Source: Prorocentrum cordatum
Lineage: Eukaryota
Assembly: GCA_963575745.1 (NCBI GenBank)
Contig: CAUYUJ010000060.1
Span: forward strand, 62,001 to 118,871
Reading direction: 5' to 3'
Length of the DNA stretch: 56,871 nt
Made by a program: the position numbers and the translations under genes. Of the stretch, positions 22,631 through 34,047 are shown piece by piece (within the stretch, counting starts at the first letter, position 1; each line of letters begins with the position of its first letter). Under the pieces are notes generated by a model that saw only the letters and a list, made by a program, of their open reading frames with translations, was not told where the DNA came from and made no database searches.

Positions 22631-23284
22631 AGAGGAAACCCGGAGGGAGGAATTATGGCATCGTGGACTGGGTCGTGGGTTTATACGCTGGTCCTCCTCC
22701 TCCTCCCTCCTCCCTCCTCCTCCTGGGCGATCGGTCCCAGGAAGACCCTGGCCCTGGAGCGGGCGGCCTTCAACCTGCCCTGGGTGGCGCGCGGACGGGG
22801 CGACGCGAGGGGGGCCGGCATTCCAAGAAGGCGGGAGGGGGGCCTCGTAGAAGGCAGGGGCCTTTCTAGGAGGGCCCACGGAGCCCACGAAAAAAGGCCT
22901 GCCGGAGGTCAGGAGGGCCTCACACAGAACCCCCCCGCCCCCCCTGCAATCTCGGGAGCTCCCCAGCACACCTTCTTTTTGTTGTTGATTGTGTTTCTTC
23001 TTCTTCTTATTCTGTTTCAGCTTTTTTGTATTATTAATACTCTTATTGTTATTAGTATTATTATTATTATTAGTAGTAGTATTATTATTGTTATTGTTAT
23101 TAGTATTGTCATTATTCTTATTGTGACGACTCTTAATAATCTTATGAATAGCGCTCGGTCATCGGGGGGCCCCAGTGGGCCCGCACCAAAGGTCACTCTG
23201 GCGAAGGGTCACTCTTACGTGAAGCCGACTCCAAGCCCCTGCTTCGTGGGCAGGGGGTGATGGGTGGTCGGGGCCGCCCCGGGC

Positions 23285-23442
23285 TTAGGTCGGGCAGGTC
23301 CTCCTGCAGGCGGGCTTTGGATGGAAAATGGAACATAGACAAACATACTCCCAAATACTCCAGAACTGTGAAACAAATGTCCCCAACCTATGTGTTGCGT
23401 ATGTCTGAGTCTTCCTCCTGTAGAGGGAGATGCCCGACTGCG
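23285..23442. mobile_element. MITE family A copy
   Basis: ttaggtcgggcaggtcctcctgcagg ... cctgtagagggagatgcccgac. Confidence 0.7.
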
Positions 23443-24729
23443 TCCGGCCGAGCGCGACGGAGAGGCTGGCGGCCTGTGCGCGGCAGCCCCCTGCGCGCGA
23501 CACGAGCAAGCGGCAGGAGCTCCGACCTTCGGAGCTCCGCGCGGCTCTCTGGGATCGCCGCTGGACCCCTGGCTCGAGGACGCGGGGCGGCCCGGCCCGC
23601 GGGTCCTGCTTCGGGTGCCCGGCTTGGGGCGGTCCGCCCAGGAGGAGGAGGAGGAGGTGGAGGAGGAGGATGAGGAGGAGGAGGAGGAGGCGGAGGAGGA
23701 AGAGCAGGAGGAGGAAGAGGAGGAGGAGGAGGAGAAAGAGGAGGAGGAGGAGGAGGAGGAGGACGCTCTATGCGCCGCTGCTGGACTGCACCCCGAGGCC
23801 GGAGAGCCTGCGGGCGCCGGCGCGGACTCGCGGGTGGTGCGTCGAAGGGTCTCCGGCGGCAGCCCGGAGCACTGCGGGCACGCCTCGGGCGCTCTCCCCC
23901 GCCGTGCCACCGGCCCGCGAAGCCCTGCTGCGCGCAGAGATACGGCATCTCTTGGGAGCGCGAGTGTTGCGCTCGCTGGCTGCCGCCAGCGGGGCGGCTC
24001 TCGTTTCGTGCTGCGTCCGTCGGCCTCCCGCCGTCTTCCGCCCAGGAATAGGTGCCCCGTCGACCCTCGAAGGCGAAGCCCCTTCTGCAGCGCCACGTGT
24101 GTGCCTGGCTGCTGGTACCCTCCTCCTCCCTCCTCCTCCTCCTCCTCCTCCTCCTCCTCCCCTCCTCCTCCTCCTCCTCCTCCTCCTCCTCCTCCTGCTC
24201 TTCCTCCTCCTCCTTCCTCCTCCTCCTCCTCCTCCTCCTCCTCCTCCTCCTCCTCCTCCTCCTCCTCCTCCTCCTCCCCTCCTCCCCCCTCCTCCTCCTC
24301 CTCCTCCTCTCCTCCTCCTCCTGCTCTCCTCCTCCTCCCTCCTCCTCCTCCTCCTCCTCCTCCTCCTCCTCCTCCTCCTCCTCCTCCTCCTCCTGCAGTG
24401 GCGGGCGGGTGTGGGCGCAAGCCTGGGCCGTTTGCCCCCGTGGGCCCCGCACCATGCGGCGGCTCAGGCACAGGGCGCGTGCCTCTGGGCCAGGAGGAGG
24501 AGGAGGAGGTGAGGAGGGAGGAGGAAGAGGAGGAGGAGGGTCTGTCCGTGGCAAGGCGTGCCCTGTGCCTCTGAGGTCCACCGGCAGCGCTCCCGCCCAG
24601 GGTTCGTCGCGCATGGCCTAGCGGTCGCCCTGGGCCGTGATTGCTGGCGCGCGAAGCGCAGGCGGGATAGACTTCATCTTATTATTCCTCCTCCGCCTCC
24701 TCCGCCTCCTCCTCCTCCTCCTCCTCCTC

Positions 24730-24841
24730 CTCATCGTCATCATCATCATCATCATCATCACCATCATCATCAGCATCAGCATCATCATCAGCATCATCGC
24801 AATCATCAGTAGCAGCGAAAGCAGCAGCAGCAGCAGCATAG

Positions 24842-24883
<42 letters not shown>

Positions 24884-24884
24884 G

Positions 24885-24916
<32 letters not shown>

Positions 24917-24950
24917 GCATCATCAGCATCATCATCATCATCATCATCAG

Positions 24951-25012
<62 letters not shown>

Positions 25013-25262
25013 ACATCAACACCAACATCATCATCATCATTGTTATCATCATCAGCAGCATCATCATCGTCACCGTCATCGTCGTCATCATCATCATCAG
25101 CAGCATCAACATCAGCATCAGCATCAGCATCAGCATCAGCATCATCATCATCATCACTATCACCATCACCATCACCATCATCATCATCATCATCGTCATC
25201 AGCAGCAGCATCATCAGCATCAATGTCATCGTCAGCATCAGCATCATCATCAATAAAATTCG

Positions 25263-25303
<41 letters not shown>

Positions 25304-25412
25304 GTCATGCACACTGCCATCGCCATCGTCATCGTAATCATCAGCAGAGGTAAATTCATCATCATCATCATCAGCAGCATGTTCATCCTCATCATCAGCA
25401 TCAGCACCACCG

Positions 25413-25458
<46 letters not shown>

Positions 25459-25990
25459 AAGCATCATCAGGATGAGCATCATCATCAGCATCAGCGTCTG
25501 CATCATCAGCACCATCATCATCATCATCACCATAAGCATCATCATCATCGCGAGCATCGTTATCCTCATCCTCATCATCAGTGTCATCAGCAGCATCATC
25601 ATCATGATCAACATCATCACCATCATCGTCATCATCGTCATAATATTCGTCGTCGTCAACATCATCATTACGCACCATCATCGACAACATCGTCATCGTC
25701 GTCATCATCAACAACACCCTCATCATCGCCATCTGCACCATCATCAGCATCGTCATCAGCGTCACCAGCACCATCATCATCGTTATCATCGTCATCGGTT
25801 TCATCCGCAGCATCATCGTCATCATCGTCATCACCACCACATCCACCAGAATCATCATCATCATCAGCATCATTGTCATCAGCATCGCCGTCGTCGTCAT
25901 ATGCATCGACAGCATCATCATCCTGATCATGATCAGCATGATTTTCATCATCAACAACAACAACAGCATCACCATCAACATCAACATCCT
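24730..25990. repeat. (CAT)n-derived microsatellite, ~1.26 kb
   Basis: Seen directly. A purer (CAT)n tract lies at 31019-31200. Confidence 0.95.
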
Positions 25991-26089
25991 CGTAGTCCTC
26001 CTTCTCCAAACGACTTACGCTGGGATTGGCCCTCGCGCCGCCGAGAGCGACCGACATGATCTTCAAACTCATCCATCCCTTTTCCTTCC

Positions 26090-26780
26090 AGACCCCGTCG
26101 CACCCAAGACGTGCTAGTAGCACGGTCTGGGCGTTGCGTCTGAGACCTCCTCACCATGAGCCATCGCGAAGCTTGAAGGTTCAACAATTACACAGGTGAA
26201 GGGGGGGCGGCTTTCAAAATTGGGGCGTTTGCCTCAGCGCCGCGCACAGTCGTCTCAAACGTTTGCGTCAGCTACAATGATGGTAAGAAAGTCGTTTTCA
26301 AAGTGGACCTATCGCTTTAGCGCCGCGCACATTCGTATTAAAAGCTTGCAGCAGCTACAAGGATGGAGGCTGGGTCATTTTCAAAATGAGGGCTCTGGCG
26401 TTCGCGCCGAGCACATTCGTTGTTTCAGTATGTGAACAGCTGCAAAGGTGGGGGGCGGTTCTTTTCAAAATGGGGCTCTCGCTTGCGACCTCCTTGAGAC
26501 AAATGGTCGGAGACCTGAACAGTTGAAACATTTGCACGGGTGGGGGGCGGCCCCTCTTCAACGCGGGGGCTCTCGCCTGAGACTCCCTCGAAGTGCATGG
26601 CCAGAGTTGCAAAGTCGTGCCATCGTTGCACACATGGGGGGTCTTTTTTTCCAAAACGGGGACCACCTCGTGGAACTGTATGCTCACACCTTGGCGCAAG
26701 CCACGTCGCCGCACGGATGCAGGGCAGCTCCTCTGCAAAAACGGAGCTCTCGCCCGAATGGCCAGCCCGTGGCCCACATC
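26090..26780 (+). repeat. Repeat family C copy (degenerate)
   Basis: Head ccgtcgcacccaagac...tgagacctcctcacca and cagcgccgcgcaca units. Confidence 0.7.
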
Positions 26781-26824
26781 GGACGCCAGTCTCTCCAAGA
26801 CGCGCTTCTGGCAGTGAAGAGCTA

Positions 26825-27006
26825 CTCCAGATTTCGTAATAAAAGGGAGGGGGTCTGGACCCTCCAAGACAGGCCATTTCAGACCCCCCCCCCCGTGGGA
26901 GAACCCTCCAAAACATCGTCCCCAGAACCCCCCAGGCCCTCCAAGATAGCCTGGAAGAGACCCCCCCCGAGATGAGTCCCCCCTCCCTTTATTACGAAAT
27001 CTGGAG
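26825..27006. mobile_element. MITE with ~28-bp TIR CTCCAGATTTCGTAATAAAAGGGAGGGG (Tc1/mariner-Stowaway-like ends)
   Basis: The arms match with one indel. The left flank is TA and the right flank is CA, possibly a mutated TA TSD. Confidence 0.75.
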
Positions 27007-28194
27007 CAAGCTGGTACGGCAGGTTCGTGTCGTGCCGACCCCAGCGTTGGTTCCTGACACCGCAGGGATCGTTCAACCTTGAACGATCGGCCGCTGCCGC
27101 AACGTCCGATCGTTCAACATCGACCGATTCTGGGTCGCCGGCGGCGTTCAACCTTGAACGTCCGCGCTGGGGTCGACGCTGGTCGACACGACGCAGACCT
27201 ACCGTATGTCAGTTCCACGTCAGATTTACGTCGGGTTCACGTCGGACTACGTCGGATTTACGTCGGATTTATGTCGGACTGGCTCCGGAGCATCGCCGCG
27301 CGAGCGTCGACCCATAGCTGGGGTCGCCGCTGGTCGACACGACGCAAACCTACCGTATAGACTTGTCAGGATTGGATTCGGGACGGGAGGGCGCGCCGCA
27401 GCATCCTTGACGCGTCCTGGGCCTGCTCTGGCCCTCCTCCTCCTCCTCCTCCTCCTCCTCCTCCTCCTCCTCCTACTCCTCCTCCTCCTCCTCCTCCCCC
27501 TCTCTCCTCCTCCTCCTCCTCCCTCCTCCTCCTCCTCCTCCTCCTCCTCCTCCTCCTCCTCCTCCTCCTCCTCCTCCTCCTCCTCCTGCCACACCCTTCT
27601 GCTTCTCCTCTGACTTCAGCTGCTCCGCCACCTCCCCCTGCCGCTGTTCCTCTTCCCCTGCCCCTCCCGATCCGAAAAGCCACGCGGACTATTTAGATCG
27701 GCGCCGGACCGCCCTCCCTGGCGCGTCCCGCGCGCCTGGAGCGGCGCCAGAAGCGCCGCCAGGGTGGCCCAGCGGAGGCCCCCCAAAAAAAACAGTGCGC
27801 ACCTTTGAATGTTTATGTGTGTGCGTGCCGTTCGTTGCTCCGAACGGTGAGGGCGCGGAGGGCGAATGCGAGGAGTGGCAGCGGGAGGAGAGAAGGAGCA
27901 GGATGAGGATGAGCGCGGGGGGGGGGAAGCGGCACACGTGCGGGCGAAAAAAACGACTCGGGCGAGCTGGCACGAAGGCGCATCGAGGTGCATCACAGCT
28001 CAGGCCGAACGCCGAAGCCGAGGTGCACGGAGAGAGAGCAGAGGTCCCACCCGCGGGCTCGGCTGACGGCACATCGAGGACGAGCGCGCGGAGGGGCAGG
28101 AGGTGGAGCGGCAAGCACGACGCGGGGACTTCTCCATGGCCGCCGCCGAGGGGATCGATCTTCGGCGACCTCGGCAGGCGGTGGATGTTTACCT

Positions 28195-28578
28195 TTCGAT
28201 CGGGCATGCCCCCCTACAGGCGGATTGTGGGCGAAAAGTGAAGAAATACTCAAAGCTACCCTCCAAACTGGCAAAAAATGTCGAACTATCGTCCCCAGAC
28301 GATTTTTGAACATTCCTCCTGTAGAGGGACACGCCCGACTTAAATGTTCATCCCCCCGAAGTGCCCGAAGCTGTCGATGTCCGCCGCCTGCCGCTGGGCG
28401 GCGGCGCCGCGGATGAAGCTTAGGTCGGGCATGTCCCTCTACAGGCAGTTTTTGGACGAAGACAGAAGAATAGGCAAAACATACTCAAACATTATTTTGA
28501 CATAGTCAAAAAATCGTCCCCTGACTATTTTTTACTATTTCTGAATATTCCTCCTGTGGAGGGACACGCCCGACTTGA
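28195..28578. mobile_element. Two adjacent MITE family A copies (~28195-28343 and 28420-28578)
   Basis: Each has tcgggcatg.ccc..tacagg ... cctcctgt.gagggacacgcccgactt.a. Confidence 0.8.
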
Positions 28579-28887
28579 GACTACGCCCCCTCGCCTCGGA
28601 GCAGAGGCGCCCCGATGTTTTGCGGCTGATCTTGCCGCTCGTCGGTGCTCACATTCCTCCCTGGGCATCGTGGCCCCAGGAGGGCCCAGGATCGAATCGA
28701 GAAGTCGGATCCGCGATCGAAATGGGTCGGATCGGCGGAGATCGGCAGCCGAGTCGGGAGAGGCCGAATCGGCGGAAAAATCGGCAGGCCAGCAGGCCTC
28801 CGCTGAGACATCGGAGCTCAGATTGGACTCCAGAATCGAGTCGAGTCGGAATCGGAAACCGTCGACACCGCCTCGGAGCGACTCTCG

Positions 28888-29074
28888 GGTCGGGCGAAAG
28901 GGGGGGATGGCAAAGGGGGGGTTTGAGAATCAGCTCGCGTAGCTGATTTTCCCGGCGCCTCCCAGCGCCGGAGGCGGCTATGTATCGAGGAATGGGCCCC
29001 TCGGCGGGGCCGAAACCAGCTGCATGCAGCAAATTTCGCACCCCCCCTTTCCCAATCCCCCCCTTTCGCCCGGC
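28888..29074. mobile_element. MITE with TIR GG(T/C)CGGGCGAAAGGGGGG; second copy at about 55470-55820
   Basis: The ends are inverted and the interior is colinear with 55664-55820 (ggcgcctccc.gcgccgg...gaaaccagctgcatgcagca). Confidence 0.7.
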
Positions 29075-29864
29075 CCCAGACTCGGAGCGACTCGGAGGAG
29101 TCGAAGCGAGCCCCGCGGTCCCCGGCGGCGCGGCCCTCCCCCCGGTTCCGGGGGCGGCGGCCCCTGCCCCCGGGGGGACGGGGGAGGACCCCCCGAGGAG
29201 AGCGGGGCTGCAGGGCAACCCCCCTCCTCCTCCTCCTCCTCCTCCTCCTCCTCCTCCTCCTCCTCCTCCTCCTCCTCCTCCTCCTCCTCCTCTTCCTCCT
29301 CAGGGGGGGGGGAGAGAACGACGAAACGGCGACGGCCGACGGGGGACTGCGACTGAGAACTCGCACTGGGCGGGGACGGAGGAGGGGGAGGAAAGTGGCC
29401 GCAGCTGCGGCGGCAGACTGCGGGCACCAGACTGGCTTGCCCTCAAGGGTGGGGGAGGCAGGCTAGCACTGCAGCACACACATCCGACGAGACATCCTGC
29501 TATGAGACATCCTGGAGCACATTAACCAACGCTCCTCGCTGGTCCCAAAGGGGCCCCGAGGGTTTCTGCGGGTCCCTGGGGCCACAGGAGGATAAGAAAC
29601 TTCCGCGGGACAACTGCTGGCAGGCCGAACTCTTGTTTGATCCACCTACTGTAAGAAGGTTCCTCCTCCTTCTCCTCTTTCACATCCTCCTCCTCCTCCT
29701 CCTCCTCATCCTCTTTCACACTTCTTCCTCCTGATTATCCTCCTCATCCTCCTCCTCCTCCTGCTCCTCCTGCTCCTCCTCCTTCTCCTCCTCCTCATCC
29801 TCCTCCTTCTCCTCCTCCACCTCCTCCTCCTCCTCCTCCAATCCTTCTCCTTTTAGATAACTCC

Positions 29865-30860
29865 ACCCTGTCGCACGCCGAGACCAGTTTTTATGGCGGG
29901 CAGGGCGTTTCGCCTGAGACTTCCTCACCATTTATGATTCTGAAGTTTAAAGAGTGACAACAGTTTCACAAATGGAGGGCGGGTCGTTCTCAACATGTGG
30001 CTCTCGCCTCAGCGCCGCGCACATTCGTTTCGCCACATTACAAAAATGTAACGGATTGAGGGCTGGTCATTTTCAAACTGTGGCTCTCGCCTCAGCGCCG
30101 CGCACATTCGTTTCGAAAAACTGCAAGAATATAGCGAGTTCAAGCCTGGACGTTTTCAAAATGTGGCTCTCGCCTCAGCGCCGCGCACATTCGTTTCAAA
30201 CATTGAGAGTTTCACGGATTGAGGGCTGGTCGTTTTCAGAATGTGGCTCTCGCCTCAGCGCCGCGCACATTCGTTTCAAAGATTTGCAACAGATTCACGG
30301 ATTGAGGGCGGGTCGTTTTCAAAATGTGGCACTCGCCTCAGCGCCGCGCACATTCGTTTCAAATATTTGCAAGAGGTTCACGGATTGAGGGCGGGTCGTT
30401 TTCCAAATGTGGCACTCGCCTCAGCGCCGCGCACATTCGTTTCAAACATGTGCAAGAGCTTCACGGATCGAGGGCGGGTCCTTTTCAAAATGTGGCTCTC
30501 GCCTCAGCGCCGCGCACAGTCTTTTTTACAAGTTGCAAGAGTTTCACTGGTTCCCATGCTCAACGTGCCAGAAAATGGTGTTTGGAAGGACTCCGGATTA
30601 TGCGGGCGCAACAGTTACGTGAATTCGTTGTCTTGAAGTCACAAAAAAGGCGTTCTGGCACGAGTCTGGATCGTCAAGACGCAGCAGACAGGTGGATACA
30701 TGGCGTTGAAATCACGAGGACAATGTTTTTGGCACGCTTCAGGATCTTCCAACTGTTGTCTTCCAACAAGGCAACTCCCTCAATGGAAATGAACCGTTGT
30801 ATGGGGCCTATGGAGAGGGAGCTTGGAAGGACGGTGAATGCCAACAGCGTCGATGACGCT
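29865..30860 (+). repeat. Repeat family C copy with 7 well-conserved 83-bp tandem units
   Basis: tgtggc(t/a)ctcgcctcagcgccgcgcaca recurs at about 29996, 30079, 30162, 30242, 30325, 30408 and 30491. Confidence 0.9.
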
Positions 30861-31018
30861 TGGGTTTCCACTGGTCTTCCTCCTCCTCCTCCCCCTCCTC
30901 CTTCTCCTCTTCCTCCTCCTCCTACTGCTCCTACTCCTGCTCCTGCTCCTGCTCCTGCTCCTCCTGCTCCTGCTCCTGCTCCTCCTCCTCCTCCTCCTCC
31001 TCCTCCTCCTCCTCCTAC

Positions 31019-31202
<184 letters not shown>

Positions 31203-31569
31203 CATCCTCATCCTCATCCTCATCCTCATCCTCATCCTCACCTCTCCTCCTCCTCCTCCTCCTCCTCCTCCTCCCCCTCCTAATCCTCCTCTTCCTCCTC
31301 CTCCTCCTCCACCTCCATCTCCACCTCCACCTCCACCTCCACCTAATCCTTCTTCTTTTGATTAATCTCCTCCTCCTCCTCCTCCTCCTCATTCTCCTCC
31401 TCCTCATTATCCTCCTCCTCCTCCTCCTCCTCCTCCTCCTCCTCCGCCTCCTCCCGCTCCCCCTCTCCCTTTCTTCCTGCCCCCCTCCCTTCCCTTCGGG
31501 GCCAAATAGTTCCTTTCCTTCCGTTAAGGCTTCCCCTCATCAGCACTCTCATTTGTAGGATTCGGTCGA

Positions 31570-31945
31570 TCGCGGACGGCGTCGACGCTCGCCAGCGTGG
31601 ACACGCGGATTCCATGGTTCCGTCGGGCTCCATAGCAGTCGCGTGCTCACTGGACGCCCCGGGGGTACCCAAGCCACCCACGGTTCCGACAAGCTCCGTG
31701 AGTGCGCGCGGTGCTAACGGGGCCCCACTAACACAAGTCATCCCTACTGCCCGCGCCGTGGTCCCGGTTAGGTTCCACGTCACGTCGCTCATGCGACTGT
31801 AGAAATCCCCACCAAATTTTCACTTTCAGCCGCTTAGGTTTCGGAGGGGGCCGATGACTCCATCATGGACCCTCGGCCAACGAAGACGTCCATATAGGAG
31901 GGTTAAACGTACCTCTACCTTCTCTACACCGTAACCTCATACATC
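31570..31945 (+). repeat. Dispersed ~370-bp repeat; second copy at 37869-38470 interrupted by a MITE
   Basis: Both copies share cgcggacggc.tcgacgctcgccagcgtggacacgcggattcc...catggaccctcggccaacgaagacgtcc...acaccgtaacct. Confidence 0.85.
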
Positions 31946-32621
31946 AATCCACCAATGATTCATCTTCCTGCATGGGGCCGTGAACGGGATTCATCCCCTG
32001 CCGGCCGACGATGCCTGTCAATGTCAGTAAACCATCAGATCCTGGCGCCATATGCACCACATCAATACACCAAGGGTCGCTCAGCGTGTTATCCGTACCA
32101 TTTTGTTCCGTCAGGCCTCCATGTCGCTCATGTGGCGTCGCTGTACCTCCCGTCCACTCCGTGCACCAAGGGTCGCCCAGTGCCATGGCGTTCCGCCAGG
32201 ACTCCATGTCACTCGTGTGGCGTTGCTGTGGCTCCCAAACATTCCGGAGAGCATACCCTGCCCACGCCACGGTCCTGTCAGGTTCCATGTGGCTTTGGGG
32301 CAAGTCATGCCCCAGTCCTCCAATACACCCGGGGTTCTGTGCTCAATCCTGGGCGCCAGATCCGTCAGGCTCCGCAGCACGGGGATGGGTCACGGTCCCC
32401 ATCAGCTTCTGCATGTCGGGTCGAGGCCGGTGGCGGGTCAGCAAATATGAAAGGGCCCTGGGACACACAAATAAATACACACAAATAACAGGATTCACCA
32501 TATTTTCCCATATGTTCTTGGTTTTTGTCCTCCTCCCCACTTCCCATATTCTCCCATATTATCCCACATGTGTCTAGGAAGAACCCTGGTTCCTCAAGAC
32601 GTCCCTTCCTCTTTCACACCC

Positions 32622-32789
32622 TGACTACCTACCAAACCACCCCAACCCAACCCGAAGACTCGAATTTCGGGTTGGGGGGGGGTACGAGCTTCATGTGTGT
32701 TTTATCAACGTTCCCCGACCCCCCCCAACTGGAAATGGAGGGCAAATTGGGGCCTTCGGGTTGGGTTGGGGTGGTTTGGTGGGCGGTGA
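32622..32789. mobile_element. MITE family D copy (perfect 27-bp internal IR, TSD CACCC)
   Basis: accaaaccaccccaacccaacccgaag (32631-32657) is inverted at 32754-32780. CACCC occurs at 32617-32621 and 32790-32794. Confidence 0.9.
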
Positions 32790-32854
32790 CACCCGTGTCC
32801 GGGCGCAGTCTATCTACAGTTTGCTCTTCCCTAACACCACCCCTGTGGGCTGCA

Positions 32855-34047
32855 ATGTCTTCTTCAGGTGGTCGCATGCCAGGTACCCCTGTGCGACAGC
32901 TGTTCACTGCAGAGACGCACAACATCGCTTCACCGTCCTCTTCACCAACGACAGCACCTAAAGCTAAAACTGCGCGCGTCAGCGGCCCGCTGAACGAGAT
33001 GGACGGTCTGGACGTGGAAGCCCCAACACCGGCAGGATCATCTCGAGCTGCAGCAGAGTCGCATCAACTTCCAGTTGACGGGGCAGATGCACAAGTACAT
33101 GCACAGCAGCTTCAATCCCAAAGGAGCCTCATGGCAGCGTCCGATGTGGGACTTACTGCGGCCGCATTCGAGGCCATTCTCAACAGGCACTTGGACCCGA
33201 TCAAAAGCGACATCCGAGCGATCAAGCAACACGGTGTCTCGCAGGACGACCTGCGGAAGGCGGTGGACCCTTTGCGCAAAGACCGCGGGGAATTGCAAGA
33301 TACGGTAAACAATGACATTGAAAACTTGCAAATACGCACTACTAACATGGAGAACGCTATAGAGGAGATGCGGAAAGAGATGGCAAGCATGGCAACCACA
33401 CCGAGCTCATATGCCAGAACATCTCAATCCGCGTTCCCCGATTCAGCTGCGAACTCCGCTAATGACAAGAGATCTATTACCGCCGTGTGGGCAACCTGAA
33501 CGGTTTCGCCTCCTTCGATGACGCCTCGAATTGGGTTCAGGCGGAGATTGCAAAGATGGGGGCGCCAACATGCACGAATATCTACGTTAAAGGCCATTTC
33601 CAGGACAATCTTCTGCGAGTTTGGTAACACAGAGGACCGGGACACAACTGTCGCGCAGGTCCGCAGCACCAACCTCAAGAGGAACGGGCACACAGTTTGG
33701 CGCACTCCTGACCGCCCGCCACTCGTCCGAGCAGCCAGGAACTTGTGTTTGGGATTCAAGTATTTCCTGAAGAACTCAATGAATATGGAATGGGTCATAC
33801 GAGTCACCGACCAGAACCCGTACACGGTTGAGGTGGGCGAAAGCGTGCCCTTACAGTGACCATCGACGGGAATACGGTTAGGAGGGAGTGGGGCAAAGAC
33901 TGGGGCACGTGGACAGAGATGCACGACCACCCAGAGTTCAAGAAGTTGTTGGATCCATATGATGGAATAGTGCAGCGCGCCAGTAAAGGGATGAAAGGAG
34001 GAGCCAAAGGAGGAACCAAAGGAGCACCCACACGCGCCGCAAAGTAG
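32855..34047 (+). pseudogene. LINE ORF1-like gene (coiled coil plus RRM-like region), frameshifted
   Basis: ATG at 32855 and a heptad-like segment ELQDTVNNDIENLQIRTTNMENAIEEMRKE. Across frameshifts near 33487, 33598 and 33848 it reads IFCEFGNTEDRD...VWRTPDRP. It lies directly upstream of EN-RT. Confidence 0.7.

Noticed and set aside
23215..26123. Long poly-P/E/S/H/I/M/D ORFs
   Set aside because: These are translations of (CCT)n and (CAT)n microsatellites. The same applies to similar ORFs throughout the window.
29990..30545. CRISPR-like appearance (conserved ~35-bp repeat with intervening sequence)
   Set aside because: The intervening segments are homologous to each other, so this is an 83-bp tandem repeat. 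There are no cas genes and the context is eukaryotic.
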